Shown: in pieces, positions 37,825 through 47,146 of the stretch | Layout: every line of letters begins with the position of its first letter | Position numbering within the stretch: the first letter of the stretch is position 1 | Virus record (IMG/VR): IMGVR_UViG_3300050821_002050 | Span: 4,626-68,625 of that record | Length of the DNA stretch: 64,000 nt | Origin: a virus | Strand: one strand, 5' to 3' | Translations under genes and position numbers: made by a program | The notes under the pieces: generated by a model | What the model was told of the DNA's origin: nothing | What the model saw: the letters and a program-made list of their open reading frames with translations, nothing else | The model's database searches: none

Positions 37825-40134
37825 TTAGCCGACGCCACCCGTCACCGCGTGCTGTCCGCCTGCCGGCTGATTTCCGACAAGATGCGTCTGCGGCCCCATT
37901 GACTGAGACAGAGGCGCAGCTTGGTTGCCCTGCGCGGCGGCGGCGCGCTGCGCGGTACCGTCGTTCGGATGCTGCTCTCCGCCCGGACTTACGGGGGCCG
38001 TAACTCCTTGCGGATTGTGAGGATCGACGCCCTCGTGCACAGGCGGCCCCTCGGGGACGCCGACCTTGGCTGCGATGCCGCCCGCCGAGAGATCGGTCGC
38101 GATGCGCTTGGCACCAGCGGCCACACCCTCGTCGATTGACTTCTGCAGCATCTGCATGACCTGACCGCCCTGCTGCTGCGCCTGCTGCGCCTTCTCCATC
38201 TGCTCGATCTGATCCTCGTCGGGGACAATGTCCTCGCCGGGCATGCCGAGAGTGGTCGAGACGGAGCGCAACACGTTCGCGCGGCCCTTGAGCCCCATGA
38301 TGTGCTGATCGGTCGGGTTGTTCGTGTGCTGCAGGAACTCCAACTGGCGCTGACGCAGCGTCTCGCGCTGGATCGCCACATTGACGCCCTGCACCGTGAG
38401 CTTCTCTTCGCCAGTGAGAAGGCCAGACGTGTCAGTCAGCAGGATCAAGTCCTGCAACTGCATCATCGAGCCTTCGATCACATCACGATCAATGTTCGCA
38501 CTCACCGTCTGGAGTATTTTGGAAGCATTGCCCATCAGCATCGCAAGCCCCGATGCTGTCCTTCCAGCACCACCAGAAGCCTGACCACCGACATATTTTG
38601 GGATCGCGCTTACGTCGTCCGCGATCTCCACCAACTCCTTGTAGACCTGCATCAAAACTTGCGCGTTGCTTGTCGGCATGAAGAAGGTGATCGGCTGCTT
38701 CGTCCCGCCCGTCATCGGGTCGTTCTTCGTGTGCCATCGCTTCCATGGATACAAGTCCTCCCCATTCTCGCCTTCAGCGAGCATGTCGTCATTGATCACG
38801 ACTTGGGGGCCAGAAGCTATGCTAATATTGTTGATCAGCGACCGGAGCGTTGCGTTGGCGCTTTCCTGCAGGTCCGCCAACAAATCTGTCAAGCCATTTC
38901 CGACAGGTGTCCCCGGAACTTTTTCAAATGAGGTGATGAAATAAGGATGCCGTTGCCGGGGTGATGGGCTTAGGTGGCACTTAATCACATGTGCCCCAAT
39001 CACCCAGATTTGCACATGATAATCGCGAAGCTCATCCTCTATCACCATTCCATAGTCCTGCAAGAGGCGACCCTGCACGTTGCCATTGAACTCCATCATA
39101 CTGATCATGCCGCTTCTATTCCAAGCGGGGTTCTCGCGACTTTCGAGGACGGAGCGTTCTGCGTCGGTGGTGTCCCAGTTGTCGTAGAGGCCACCGCGAC
39201 CATACTCGTCGAGGACCGCCCTGATCTCGTCACTATTATAGCCCGGCAAGTCGAGCAAGTCGTTCAGCTCCGCGCGCGTAACGCGAAGCTTTTCAATCGT
39301 GTTAGCATTTTCGATGTCAGATACCCCGGGGGTAAACCAGAGATCAAACGGCGAGACGCGGTTCCATGTCAATTTGGGAACCTGCTGAATTGTGGGGGCA
39401 CCCCCGCCTTTAGGCCAGATGACAGTGGGGATGATTTTGACTACAGGCCCCTTCACACAGGCGAAGGGGAAGATGGGCAAGTCGACTAGAAACTCAGCAA
39501 GAGCGTGGTAGTACCCGCCCTCGTTCAGCATATCCTGAATTTTTGCCTCACTGTCGCGAGCCTGTTTGTTCGCCTTGCGCTTCGCTGCGTCCTCGGCCTG
39601 CTCTATGAGGTTGCGTTTCCGATCGCCCAAATCGCTGGGACTTGGTGGCTGGCCTGTCGTCTGGGCGACCATCTGCGCTTCCTGCTGGATAAGCTGATCT
39701 ATCCGCTGCAGGATGTCATCGGGCACTGGTGGGTTTTTGGGTGGCTCTAGCGACCACGGAACGTCCTGTCCCAAGTAGATGTCGCGCAGGAGCGAGGAGG
39801 CGGCGCGACACTTCTGTGCGATCAGGCGCGCGTAGACCGTCGAGCCGCCCCACCTCGTTACTTCAGCGAGCTTGGTAGGGTCGTACTGGCCGTTGAACGA
39901 TCGCATGGCGGCGAGCATTCTATTTGACCAGCCCGCTACCGTGTTACGGTGGTTTCGAAAAATCTCGAACTGGGATTTCACGTACCCTGCAAGCTGCGGG
40001 TACTGCGGCTGCCCCATAGCATTAGCCGCCTGCTGCGCCTGCGCTTTTTGCGTGGCAGCGGCGTCGAGTTGGGCTTCCAGTGCGGCGGGGGAAGTAAACT
40101 GGATGACGCCGTTTTGTCCAAGCTGATCGGCCAT
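37825..40134 (-). CDS. Portal protein
   Basis: 769 aa after terL; RVSPFDLW, GPQVVIN, RTASGLAMLM, Q-rich C-terminus. Confidence 0.85.
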   Translation of the reverse strand: MADQLGQNGVIQFTSPAALEAQLDAAATQKAQAQQAANAMGQPQYPQLAGYVKSQFEIFRNHRNTVAGWSNRMLAAMRSFNGQYDPTKLAEVTRWGGSTVYARLIAQKCRAASSLLRDIYLGQDVPWSLEPPKNPPVPDDILQRIDQLIQQEAQMVAQTTGQPPSPSDLGDRKRNLIEQAEDAAKRKANKQARDSEAKIQDMLNEGGYYHALAEFLVDLPIFPFACVKGPVVKIIPTVIWPKGGGAPTIQQVPKLTWNRVSPFDLWFTPGVSDIENANTIEKLRVTRAELNDLLDLPGYNSDEIRAVLDEYGRGGLYDNWDTTDAERSVLESRENPAWNRSGMISMMEFNGNVQGRLLQDYGMVIEDELRDYHVQIWVIGAHVIKCHLSPSPRQRHPYFITSFEKVPGTPVGNGLTDLLADLQESANATLRSLINNISIASGPQVVINDDMLAEGENGEDLYPWKRWHTKNDPMTGGTKQPITFFMPTSNAQVLMQVYKELVEIADDVSAIPKYVGGQASGGAGRTASGLAMLMGNASKILQTVSANIDRDVIEGSMMQLQDLILLTDTSGLLTGEEKLTVQGVNVAIQRETLRQRQLEFLQHTNNPTDQHIMGLKGRANVLRSVSTTLGMPGEDIVPDEDQIEQMEKAQQAQQQGGQVMQMLQKSIDEGVAAGAKRIATDLSAGGIAAKVGVPEGPPVHEGVDPHNPQGVTAPVSPGGEQHPNDGTAQRAAAAQGNQAAPLSQSMGPQTHLVGNQPAGGQHAVTGGVG

Positions 40135-40184
40135 GAGTTATACTCGAAAATCATTCTGAGTATAACCACCTGCCACGACAGCTC

Positions 40185-40199
40185 TTAAAACTCGATTAA
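40185..40199. promoter_or_regulatory. CtrA-type box TTAA-AACTCGA-TTAA(C) between the portal and a divergent membrane gene
   Basis: Perfect intergenic match. Confidence 0.75.
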
Positions 40200-40231
40200 C
40201 GAACGAAATCTTAGGGGTTGCGGAGTGAGAT

Positions 40232-40516
40232 ATGGTCGACAGGAGTTCGACCATGGACACGCAGTATCACCTCTGGGTTTGGGGCAACGTCACCTCGACC
40301 GTAGCCGTCATCGGATCGCTGTTCGGGTACGTCCCAGCGATCGCGGGCCTTGTCGCATTGCTCTGGTATTTCATCCAGATTTACGAGAGCCGAACAGCAC
40401 AACGTTGGATGGCCAATCGCCGGGCAAAGCAGATCGCGCGTCTAAAGGCAAAGATAATTCTGCTCGAAGCTGCACAGCTAGTTGAGCCTGTGTTTCCGCC
40501 CGACGACGCAGGCTAG
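40232..40516 (+). CDS. Small membrane protein (holin-like), counter-oriented in the late arm
   Basis: AGGAG before ATG at 40253 (alternative start); 1-2 TM followed by a basic helix. Confidence 0.7.
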   Translation: MVDRSSTMDTQYHLWVWGNVTSTVAVIGSLFGYVPAIAGLVALLWYFIQIYESRTAQRWMANRRAKQIARLKAKIILLEAAQLVEPVFPPDDAG

Positions 40517-41967
40517 GTCCAACCCAGCGGGGAAACTGGAGCACGACGCTTGGCTTTGGGCCTAATGCGCCGAGTGATTTCAGGAACAATTCCACCGTGG
40601 ACGCACAGAGCAAGATACTGCAGGTCATCGGCAACATGAGAAAATCCATCGCGGTCGTCCTTCTCGGGTTTCGTCCTCATTGCACCATCTTTTTTCTTTG
40701 TGAACCGGTAGCCGCCAGCCATCGCACGACACAGGTGCGGACAGCCCTCCCGCGAGATCATCAGTGACGGGCCACCGTTCGTCTGACGCTGCAGGAGGGC
40801 TTCCACCGCACGGAGGCGCGGTTCTATGTCATTGGTCGGGGCAGGGAAACAAGGAACACCGAAGCGCGTCATGGCGTCGATGCAGCTCTCCTCTGCAATC
40901 GACCCCTTCGCGACGCCGCTCGGGTCACCTACTGCGGCGACCCTGTAGCCAATGAATTTGTTCGAATAGAGGATCGGCTTGAGGTTTTGCATGACGTGCT
41001 TCTCAAGACCGACGTTCGTCGCAGGTACTTCCTTGTGGACCAGAAGCCGGCCCATGTGATCCATCTGCGCGATCAGTGACCACGGGTTACGGCCAAAATC
41101 TTGCCCAATGAGAAGCGGGTACCCGGGTATAAGGAGCGTAGAAGCGACAATGTGGAAATCCGACCGGAACGTGTTCTTAAAGACCGCAGCTCCCGACGGG
41201 TCATCACCATATTGAGCGTAAACGTATCGACGGACCCAGTCGCTGTCCTCGCCGTACATTTCCACAAGACGTTCATAATATCGTCGCCCCTGCTTGATGC
41301 GGTCTGGATGGTTGAGGGGGAGCTTTTTTGTCGCGGTGGTTTGGACGAGGTGGTTGAGGTTTTCGGCATCGACCGACATTCCTGATGGTTGTTTGAAGAT
41401 CAGCACATCCATCGGTGGGTTTTCCATGAGGGTGTGCCATGGGGTCATCTCAGTTGGGAAGTTGGTGTCCGCGATCCAACCGTGCCACGTCGGTTGACCG
41501 CGATCGCCTGATGGATAGCGGCCCAGACGCCCTGAGAGCGGCGCGAGCACGTCGTAGTCCATCTCGATGCACTCCGAGAGCCAAGCTCCCGTTAGCTGCA
41601 TAGAAAGGAGACGAGCTTGATCTTCAGCGTTTTCCAAAGGGATAAAAATCCATTCCGACTTAACATCGCCGAACTCCAGATGGTACGTGTTCTCCGACAC
41701 CTTCCACGCGCCAAGGCCCTCCAGCCACTGCTGGCAGTCCTTCAAGACCGTGTCCTTCAACTGCTTCAGGGTCTGTCGGACCACCGCGAAGCGAGTGTAG
41801 CGATAACCGTCCGCAGCCTTCTCCTGTGAGAGGGCCCGCACGAGCAACTCGATGATGCAGCCAACCGTCTTGCCCGAACCAACCGGCCCGGCCATTAAGC
41901 GACCAAACGCCGCACTGCTCCGCATGAAGAGCGCGATGGTTGGTGGGGCGACGAAGTTGAGGGACAT
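40513..41967 (-). CDS. terL: Terminase large subunit
   Basis: Walker A GPVGSGKT, RFAVVRQT, AWLSE, DTNFP; nuclease motifs GQDFG and SHVADDLQY. Confidence 0.92.
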   Translation of the reverse strand: MSLNFVAPPTIALFMRSSAAFGRLMAGPVGSGKTVGCIIELLVRALSQEKAADGYRYTRFAVVRQTLKQLKDTVLKDCQQWLEGLGAWKVSENTYHLEFGDVKSEWIFIPLENAEDQARLLSMQLTGAWLSECIEMDYDVLAPLSGRLGRYPSGDRGQPTWHGWIADTNFPTEMTPWHTLMENPPMDVLIFKQPSGMSVDAENLNHLVQTTATKKLPLNHPDRIKQGRRYYERLVEMYGEDSDWVRRYVYAQYGDDPSGAAVFKNTFRSDFHIVASTLLIPGYPLLIGQDFGRNPWSLIAQMDHMGRLLVHKEVPATNVGLEKHVMQNLKPILYSNKFIGYRVAAVGDPSGVAKGSIAEESCIDAMTRFGVPCFPAPTNDIEPRLRAVEALLQRQTNGGPSLMISREGCPHLCRAMAGGYRFTKKKDGAMRTKPEKDDRDGFSHVADDLQYLALCVHGGIVPEITRRIRPKAKRRAPVSPLGWT

Positions 41968-43124
41968 CAGGCAGCATTCCTACTGTCAGCGAAGTCCTGC
42001 CATGACACCCACGGCTTGGCCTCGGTGAGGGGCTTGAGTTGGCTCTCTAGGTAGACTTGCCAGTGGGCTGTGATGCCGTGGGTCGGATGCGTAAACCAAA
42101 GTGCCTGCGATGGGCGGCTATAGGGTGCGCGCAAGACCAAGTGCGCGAACTCGTCGTAGCCTTTGAGTGAGTTATTGACGATAAGGCCCGGTAGAGTGAG
42201 GTACTGGTGCCAATGTCCGATGAGTAGCGTATCGAAATCTCGACCAATCTGAGCCTCAGAACGATGCGTCTTAAGAGTGCCCCGCATGATCGGGCCCAGA
42301 GCGCCGATAATACCGTCACCACCTTTAGTACCAAGACTGTCGCCATGAGTAAGCAGATAACGGTGGCCAAAAAGATTGAAAGCGCAATCTGCAGTTTCGG
42401 GTATCGCAAAGCGAACATGGTCGGTCCTCCTGAAGTGTCTCGCGACGCCGCAGTAGACATTCCACTCGTGGCTCGTGAAAACCCTCTCCTTGCATTGCAT
42501 TTTCTTGGTGCTGCGACCGTGGTTGCCCACGACGCACGGCACGAACACTTTTCCGAAACTTGACGCCATCGTCTCGATGCCGCCGCAGATCAGGTCGATC
42601 AGGTCCTCGATGGCTTGCTGGGTCGTCCTGTCGTTTGACTTCACAAGCTCTTCGTGAATATCGCCACCCAGCATGTCACCGCCCAGTGCCACAACACAGC
42701 CCGGATAGGCCGCCTTGGCCTTCCCCATGTGGTTGAATGCAAGGTCGACGGTGGTGGTGACGAGACGCTCGATGCGTCGTTTGGCGACACCTTTGTCGAA
42801 GGTGTTGATCCCGGGCATTCGGACGACTTCGCCGTAGTGCCAGTCAGACCAGATCGTAGCCGGTACGCCGCGAGTGCCGCTTCCGCCCGCTCGTTTAAGC
42901 CAAGTCGGGGGGTCGGGGTCGTGGGCTGCGATTTTGTAGATGTTTTCCCGGATGGTCCTTGCGTCATCGCGCTCCCCCTGCAACTGCTCGATGTTCTTTT
43001 TCTGCGCAAGGAGGAGCTTATTCTTCTCCCGAAGTAGGGCCATGGCGTCGCCGAGCTGCTTCTGCAGATCGGCAGTTTGTCTGTCTGGTGGGCCGCTTGG
43101 CATCGTATCGTCTCCTGCGCTCAA
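41967..43124 (-). CDS. Calcineurin-like metallophosphoesterase
   Basis: SDWHYG, GGD, VVGNHGR, THGD, GHWH. Start may be the ATG at 43103. Confidence 0.85.
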   Translation of the reverse strand: MSAGDDTMPSGPPDRQTADLQKQLGDAMALLREKNKLLLAQKKNIEQLQGERDDARTIRENIYKIAAHDPDPPTWLKRAGGSGTRGVPATIWSDWHYGEVVRMPGINTFDKGVAKRRIERLVTTTVDLAFNHMGKAKAAYPGCVVALGGDMLGGDIHEELVKSNDRTTQQAIEDLIDLICGGIETMASSFGKVFVPCVVGNHGRSTKKMQCKERVFTSHEWNVYCGVARHFRRTDHVRFAIPETADCAFNLFGHRYLLTHGDSLGTKGGDGIIGALGPIMRGTLKTHRSEAQIGRDFDTLLIGHWHQYLTLPGLIVNNSLKGYDEFAHLVLRAPYSRPSQALWFTHPTHGITAHWQVYLESQLKPLTEAKPWVSWQDFADSRNAA

Positions 43125-43198
43125 TACCTTTTAAAGTCTGACTATTACGAAAGTCTTTCTCTCGCCCCTTGGGGCTCTGGCCGTACCGTCGTAGCCGC

Positions 43199-43975
43199 TC
43201 ACGAGACTTCGGGGTCCCGCCGTACCGGCGTAACGTCTCGTACCGTTTCGGTGAGTGGTTGTATTTCCAGACTGCTCGCTGTCGCCCGGGCTGCCTGCGG
43301 GCTTTGCAATCGGTCAGGAGCTTTTGCAGGTGCAGTCGGCGCGTCACCTGCCGCGAGCGCAACCTTCTGACCTCCGCCGAGGTCAATATTAATAACGAAC
43401 CGCTCTCCAAGAGGAGCGCCGCTGTTTTCTCGCTCACCGACACCTGCGAGCTTTGCAAAAAGTTTAGCAGTCTCGGTGACGCCGGGGAGCCCTTCCCCAC
43501 GGTTCTGCATTCGAGCACCCAGCGTGGGTAGACTGTCTTCCAAGATCGCTGCAGCCGCCACCGCCACCCGTTCTTTAGTCGAAAGTGGACTGTGCCATTC
43601 GATGCACGCAGCTTCGAGAGCGTTTTTGTAGACGGTGTTCTGTGTCGACAGGTAGTCGTACTGGACTTGCGTGAGCCCGAACTCTGAGAGGATGGCATGG
43701 GTCTCCTTGATGTCCATCGCGATCGCGCGAGCGAGCTTCGCCAGCGTGACCATGTCGATAGGAGGAAGGTTCACGAGCGCCTTCGTCGCGTCGGAGATTT
43801 GCGTCGGCGTCCCCTCGGGTTCACTTACGGTTGCCGTAAGTTCGTCACCACCGGTCGCGTTGGCGCAAACGTGCGGCTCCGGTGGCTGCACGCTCCCGGT
43901 GATGACTGGTGCGACGTAGACGTTGCCCGCGAGCACGTCGTCGAAGCCTGTGTCGATGTCTTCCTCATCACTCAC
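43199..43975 (-). CDS. Putative terminase small subunit
   Basis: HTH-like LARAIAMD..ILSEFGLT and C-terminal FVINIDLG; two genes upstream of terL. Confidence 0.55.
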   Translation of the reverse strand: MSDEEDIDTGFDDVLAGNVYVAPVITGSVQPPEPHVCANATGGDELTATVSEPEGTPTQISDATKALVNLPPIDMVTLAKLARAIAMDIKETHAILSEFGLTQVQYDYLSTQNTVYKNALEAACIEWHSPLSTKERVAVAAAAILEDSLPTLGARMQNRGEGLPGVTETAKLFAKLAGVGERENSGAPLGERFVINIDLGGGQKVALAAGDAPTAPAKAPDRLQSPQAARATASSLEIQPLTETVRDVTPVRRDPEVS

Positions 43976-44337
43976 GAAATTTTGTCCTTACTAGTCGGAC
44001 ACTGCTTCAGGTCTTTGATGACAGCACTCACGACGCCCTGCTGTGCCTCGATCATTTGCTTCATCTGGTTGTAGGTCACGTCGAACGCTTGCTCGTTCAG
44101 CTCGCCGTTGTGGTAGCAAGTGTGAACGGAGTTCAGCATCCACATCTTGGAGCACTGCGCGTAGAGGATCAGCGCCTGTGTCAGCGCGCCACTGAAGTAC
44201 TCGCGCGTGGCTTTGCGGTCGTAGAGATCGTAGATCGTCTGGATCGCGCCCTGTTGTATCTCTTCGATGTTGTCAGTGCGTACTGGACGGTTCAACAACC
44301 GGTTGATTTCGTCTTCATCGAGGATTGGGTCGCTCAT
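43972..44337 (-). CDS. Hypothetical protein
   Basis: Coupled on both sides. Confidence 0.65.
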   Translation of the reverse strand: MSDPILDEDEINRLLNRPVRTDNIEEIQQGAIQTIYDLYDRKATREYFSGALTQALILYAQCSKMWMLNSVHTCYHNGELNEQAFDVTYNQMKQMIEAQQGVVSAVIKDLKQCPTSKDKIS

Positions 44338-44912
44338 ACCTCGGCCTCCGCCCAGTGCGTGAGGATGTGAATGGCCTTCTCACGATCAAGTAGAGGGATG
44401 CGATAGCCTCGTCCCCACACCGTTTTGATCGTAATTTCGTGGGTTTTTAGCTTTTTTCGCAGGTGGCAGATGATTACGTCGACCATCTTGGGGTCGGTGG
44501 GGGGCCGGTTCTCTCCGGGCCTCATTTGCTCGATGACGAGGTGAAGTTGGGCCTTCATTACCTCGTTACGCTTCAGTAACACTCCGAGGATTGCAGCTTC
44601 TAGGCGAGTGCACCGAAAACATCTGGCGCATGCCATCTGCAGTGCTTCGTCGCTCTCCAATGCAGTGCCATTGAATGCTGCACGCTGACCGCGTGTGCTT
44701 CCGAGAGGCCAATCATTTTTGGGGAGTTCGACGATGGTACCGCGCTGGACCGCGTCTTTGAGTATTTCGTACACTTCTTCCGAGGGCAACCGCACACTTC
44801 GGGCGATTGCCCTTACTGGTATGCCCTCGTCGGCCATCCTGACTGCTGTTTGGTCGACGATTGGATCGCGCTGTGGTTCCTCGAACGGAACCGTTTCCGC
44901 TTCTGAGTTCAT
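44334..44912 (-). CDS. OmpR/PhoB-type winged-helix regulator with a CtrA-like DNA-binding domain and no receiver domain
   Basis: PKMVDVIICHLRKKL..IKTVWGRGY closely resembles the CtrA motif KIIDVFICKLRKKL..IETVWGRGY. Extra N-terminal HTH (GIPVRAIARSVRLP). Confidence 0.8.
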   Translation of the reverse strand: MNSEAETVPFEEPQRDPIVDQTAVRMADEGIPVRAIARSVRLPSEEVYEILKDAVQRGTIVELPKNDWPLGSTRGQRAAFNGTALESDEALQMACARCFRCTRLEAAILGVLLKRNEVMKAQLHLVIEQMRPGENRPPTDPKMVDVIICHLRKKLKTHEITIKTVWGRGYRIPLLDREKAIHILTHWAEAEV

Positions 44913-45230
44913 GTGCCCCGCCCTTTATTCCCGCAAGTGCCGTTGTGATGCGATCAAATTTTGTTGCACGCATAAGGAAGGGAACTTCAAATGTCCGTCA
45001 AGAAAAAAACGTAAAGAATTCACGAACACAAAGTTAAGACATGGAGCTGTCGCAATTTTGCAATTGTCTTTTTTCTTGCGTGTGCTTTTTCAACACACAT
45101 CGTTCCGTTTGTGAGAGGTGGGGCTCCACATCAGCACCCCCAACGGTGAGCAACAGCGGATGATCGCTCTTAAGCTCAATGTGATGGGAGCCCCGGCGTG
45201 GTTTGTGCCACGCCGGAACTTTATTTTTGA

Positions 45231-45515
45231 TTAAGGCCCAGTAGCGCCGGTTGCCGCAGCAGCGGGCGGAGCTTCTGCCGTCTTGACAGCGGCATCGAGC
45301 GAGGACAGCGACGCGGTGACGGCGTCGACGGTGGCCTGATTGGCCGCATCGGCCCCAGCAACGGGGACAAGTGCGATCAGACCCTTGACATCGGCGGAGA
45401 GGGCCGCGACTGCGGCCTGTAGTGCAGCGAAGTTGAGCGACATTTCATGCATCCTTTTTTCTAGCGCGTGCAGGCGACGCACCTCTGGTGACCAAAAAGC
45501 TTCCAACATCCTCAC
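45231..45515 (-). CDS. Ala-rich coiled-coil small protein
   Basis: AGGAGG RBS before GTG; ends in GATGP. Confidence 0.55.
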   Translation of the reverse strand: MRMLEAFWSPEVRRLHALEKRMHEMSLNFAALQAAVAALSADVKGLIALVPVAGADAANQATVDAVTASLSSLDAAVKTAEAPPAAAATGATGP

Positions 45516-45551
45516 CTCCTGCTGCGGTGCTGATCTTCTACCCGAGACTGG

Positions 45552-45848
45552 TTAAGCCGCGATGTAGGTCGGAATAGGTAGTGACCCACCATTCGACGGA
45601 GGTGGGCCCACGAACGGTTTCGCAGCGTCGATAGCAAGGAGCATGCGCGTCCATTTCGCCAGTAGCTCCTCGAAGTCGACCTTGCTGGCCGAGACATGGA
45701 ACCGGTCGAAGGCTTCTTGGGCTTCGTCGACACGGTTTCGAAGTACATCCCTATACGACGGGAGCGTGCAGCATCGAGCGATCTCTCGCGCTTCTCTGAA
45801 TACATTCTTGTCTCCCGAGATTGATGTCGTGCGCCCCCGGATTTTCAT
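45552..45848 (-). CDS. Hypothetical protein
   Basis: ATG at 45848, coupled to an upstream mini-gene. Confidence 0.55.
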   Translation of the reverse strand: MKIRGRTTSISGDKNVFREAREIARCCTLPSYRDVLRNRVDEAQEAFDRFHVSASKVDFEELLAKWTRMLLAIDAAKPFVGPPPSNGGSLPIPTYIAA

Positions 45849-46201
45849 CGCGAGTACCCCTTTGCGATGATGTAGAGCGCGGTAACGACGAGTACGCCCC
45901 CCACACCGATGAACGTCATGGCGAGGCAAAAGTCCATCCACTCACTCATTTTCCATCTCTTTTCTTTTTCCACCAAGCGGACCTTCTCCGCTTGCGTTCC
46001 TCGGCAGCCGCGTCGATCGCGACGGCGATGGCGAGGATAATCGCCCCGACGATCAGCATACCTGCGGCCTCAAGGAGGGGAAGCTTCTCAAACATAGGGC
46101 ACCAGCCAGTAGGAGGTGCTGGTATTGTTCTTGTAGTCGACGATGTAGCCGATCACGAGCCGCATCACGCCGTCGATCTCACTCTCGTAGGTGAAGATCA
46201 T
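45845..46201 (-). other. Three coupled mini-ORFs of about 34-50 aa, two of them with a TM segment
   Basis: Hand translation gives MIFTYESEIDG.., MFEKLPLLEAAGMLIVG.. and MSEWMDFCLAMTFIG.. Confidence 0.5.
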
Positions 46202-46395
46202 CACTGCCCCTCCAGATAGAGTTCGGCGCGCACCGCCGCGTCCTTGGCTTCGAGGAGCTTGCGCAGCGCCACCGAGCGCTCCGGGTTCCTCGGCAGCGAC
46301 ATGACGATCGTGGCGAGCGCCGCGAACGGCTGGCTCACCTTCTGCAGGCGCTCCGGGAGATGGGAGTAGGAGAAGAACTGCATGATCGGCTCCAT
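46201..46395 (-). CDS. Conserved small helical-hairpin phage protein
   Basis: GGAGG RBS; QFFSYSHLP..RNPERSVALRKLLEAKDAAVRA. Confidence 0.75.
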   Translation of the reverse strand: MEPIMQFFSYSHLPERLQKVSQPFAALATIVMSLPRNPERSVALRKLLEAKDAAVRAELYLEGQ

Positions 46396-46625
46396 CACGC
46401 CCTCCCTTTGAGGACGTAACCCGAGCCGAACGCGCACTTGAAGCCGGCTACCCGCCACTCGTCACTTGAATATGGGCCGTTGGCTTTCCACTGGGCGAGG
46501 CCGATTTGCGCGAGGGGGCACGCGGACATGGGAAGGTCGCTGAACGCTACTTCCTCGTGGCACGCTTGGAAGGAGTTCCCGTCCACCGTCACTAGGTGGC
46601 ACAGGACTGCAATTATGGTCAGCAT
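46395..46625 (-). CDS. Small Cys-containing exported protein
   Basis: GGAGA RBS; MLTIIAVLCHL.., four Cys. Confidence 0.6.
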   Translation of the reverse strand: MLTIIAVLCHLVTVDGNSFQACHEEVAFSDLPMSACPLAQIGLAQWKANGPYSSDEWRVAGFKCAFGSGYVLKGRA

Positions 46626-46887
46626 CTCGTATCTCCGACGGTGGCACGGTTGGGGGGTATGCCACCGCAGAGACAACCCAGAGGGGTGTGAAGAAGTAGT
46701 CCTCGTTATCGAGAGGAGGGATCGGGGTGCTTCCGCTGTTGACGAGAATAGGGGGGCTATTCTCGTCATTTGACGCGGAGAATGGTGGCCGTACATCCGG
46801 GCCAACCGGTCTCGTCAAAAGCACAACGATCCCGATGACCAGCGCGATGCCGATCAGGAAGGGGTAGTTCTGCCTTAACCACGCCAT
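46462..46887 (-). CDS. Membrane-anchored Pro-rich protein
   Basis: GGAGA RBS and N-terminal TM; the 3' part overlaps the next gene. Confidence 0.5.
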   Translation of the reverse strand: MAWLRQNYPFLIGIALVIGIVVLLTRPVGPDVRPPFSASNDENSPPILVNSGSTPIPPLDNEDYFFTPLWVVSAVAYPPTVPPSEIRDADHNCSPVPPSDGGRELLPSVPRGSSVQRPSHVRVPPRANRPRPVESQRPIFK

Positions 46888-46928
46888 GAAATTCTCCGCT
46901 GGGGTGCGAAGTTCAGCTTGCGAAAGTC

Positions 46929-46943
46929 TTAAGAAAGCGTTAA
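46929..46943. promoter_or_regulatory. CtrA-type box TTAA-GAAAGCG-TTAA
   Basis: Perfect intergenic match about 40 bp upstream of the 46887 start. Confidence 0.75.
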
Positions 46944-47146
46944 GAGCGTTCGTTGGCGGCCACTAAGGACCGTCGCTGGTCGGGGTAAGCCTGCGTGCCA
47001 CCACCATACCCACCAACCGACCCAGAGCTACATGCCTTGCCGGGCATATGGTTCTCGGGTCCCGCACCACCACTTTCTTACCGTCCTACCGTCCCAGAGA
47101 CCTCTCTGGCGGCGGCTTTCGGCGTTGCGATATGATGTTCAATTCC

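Noticed and set aside
26672-41967. Genome-wide TAG recoding
   Set aside because: TerL, the methyltransferase and other genes end at TAG at sensible lengths, core genes are not fragmented, and no suppressor tRNA was seen.
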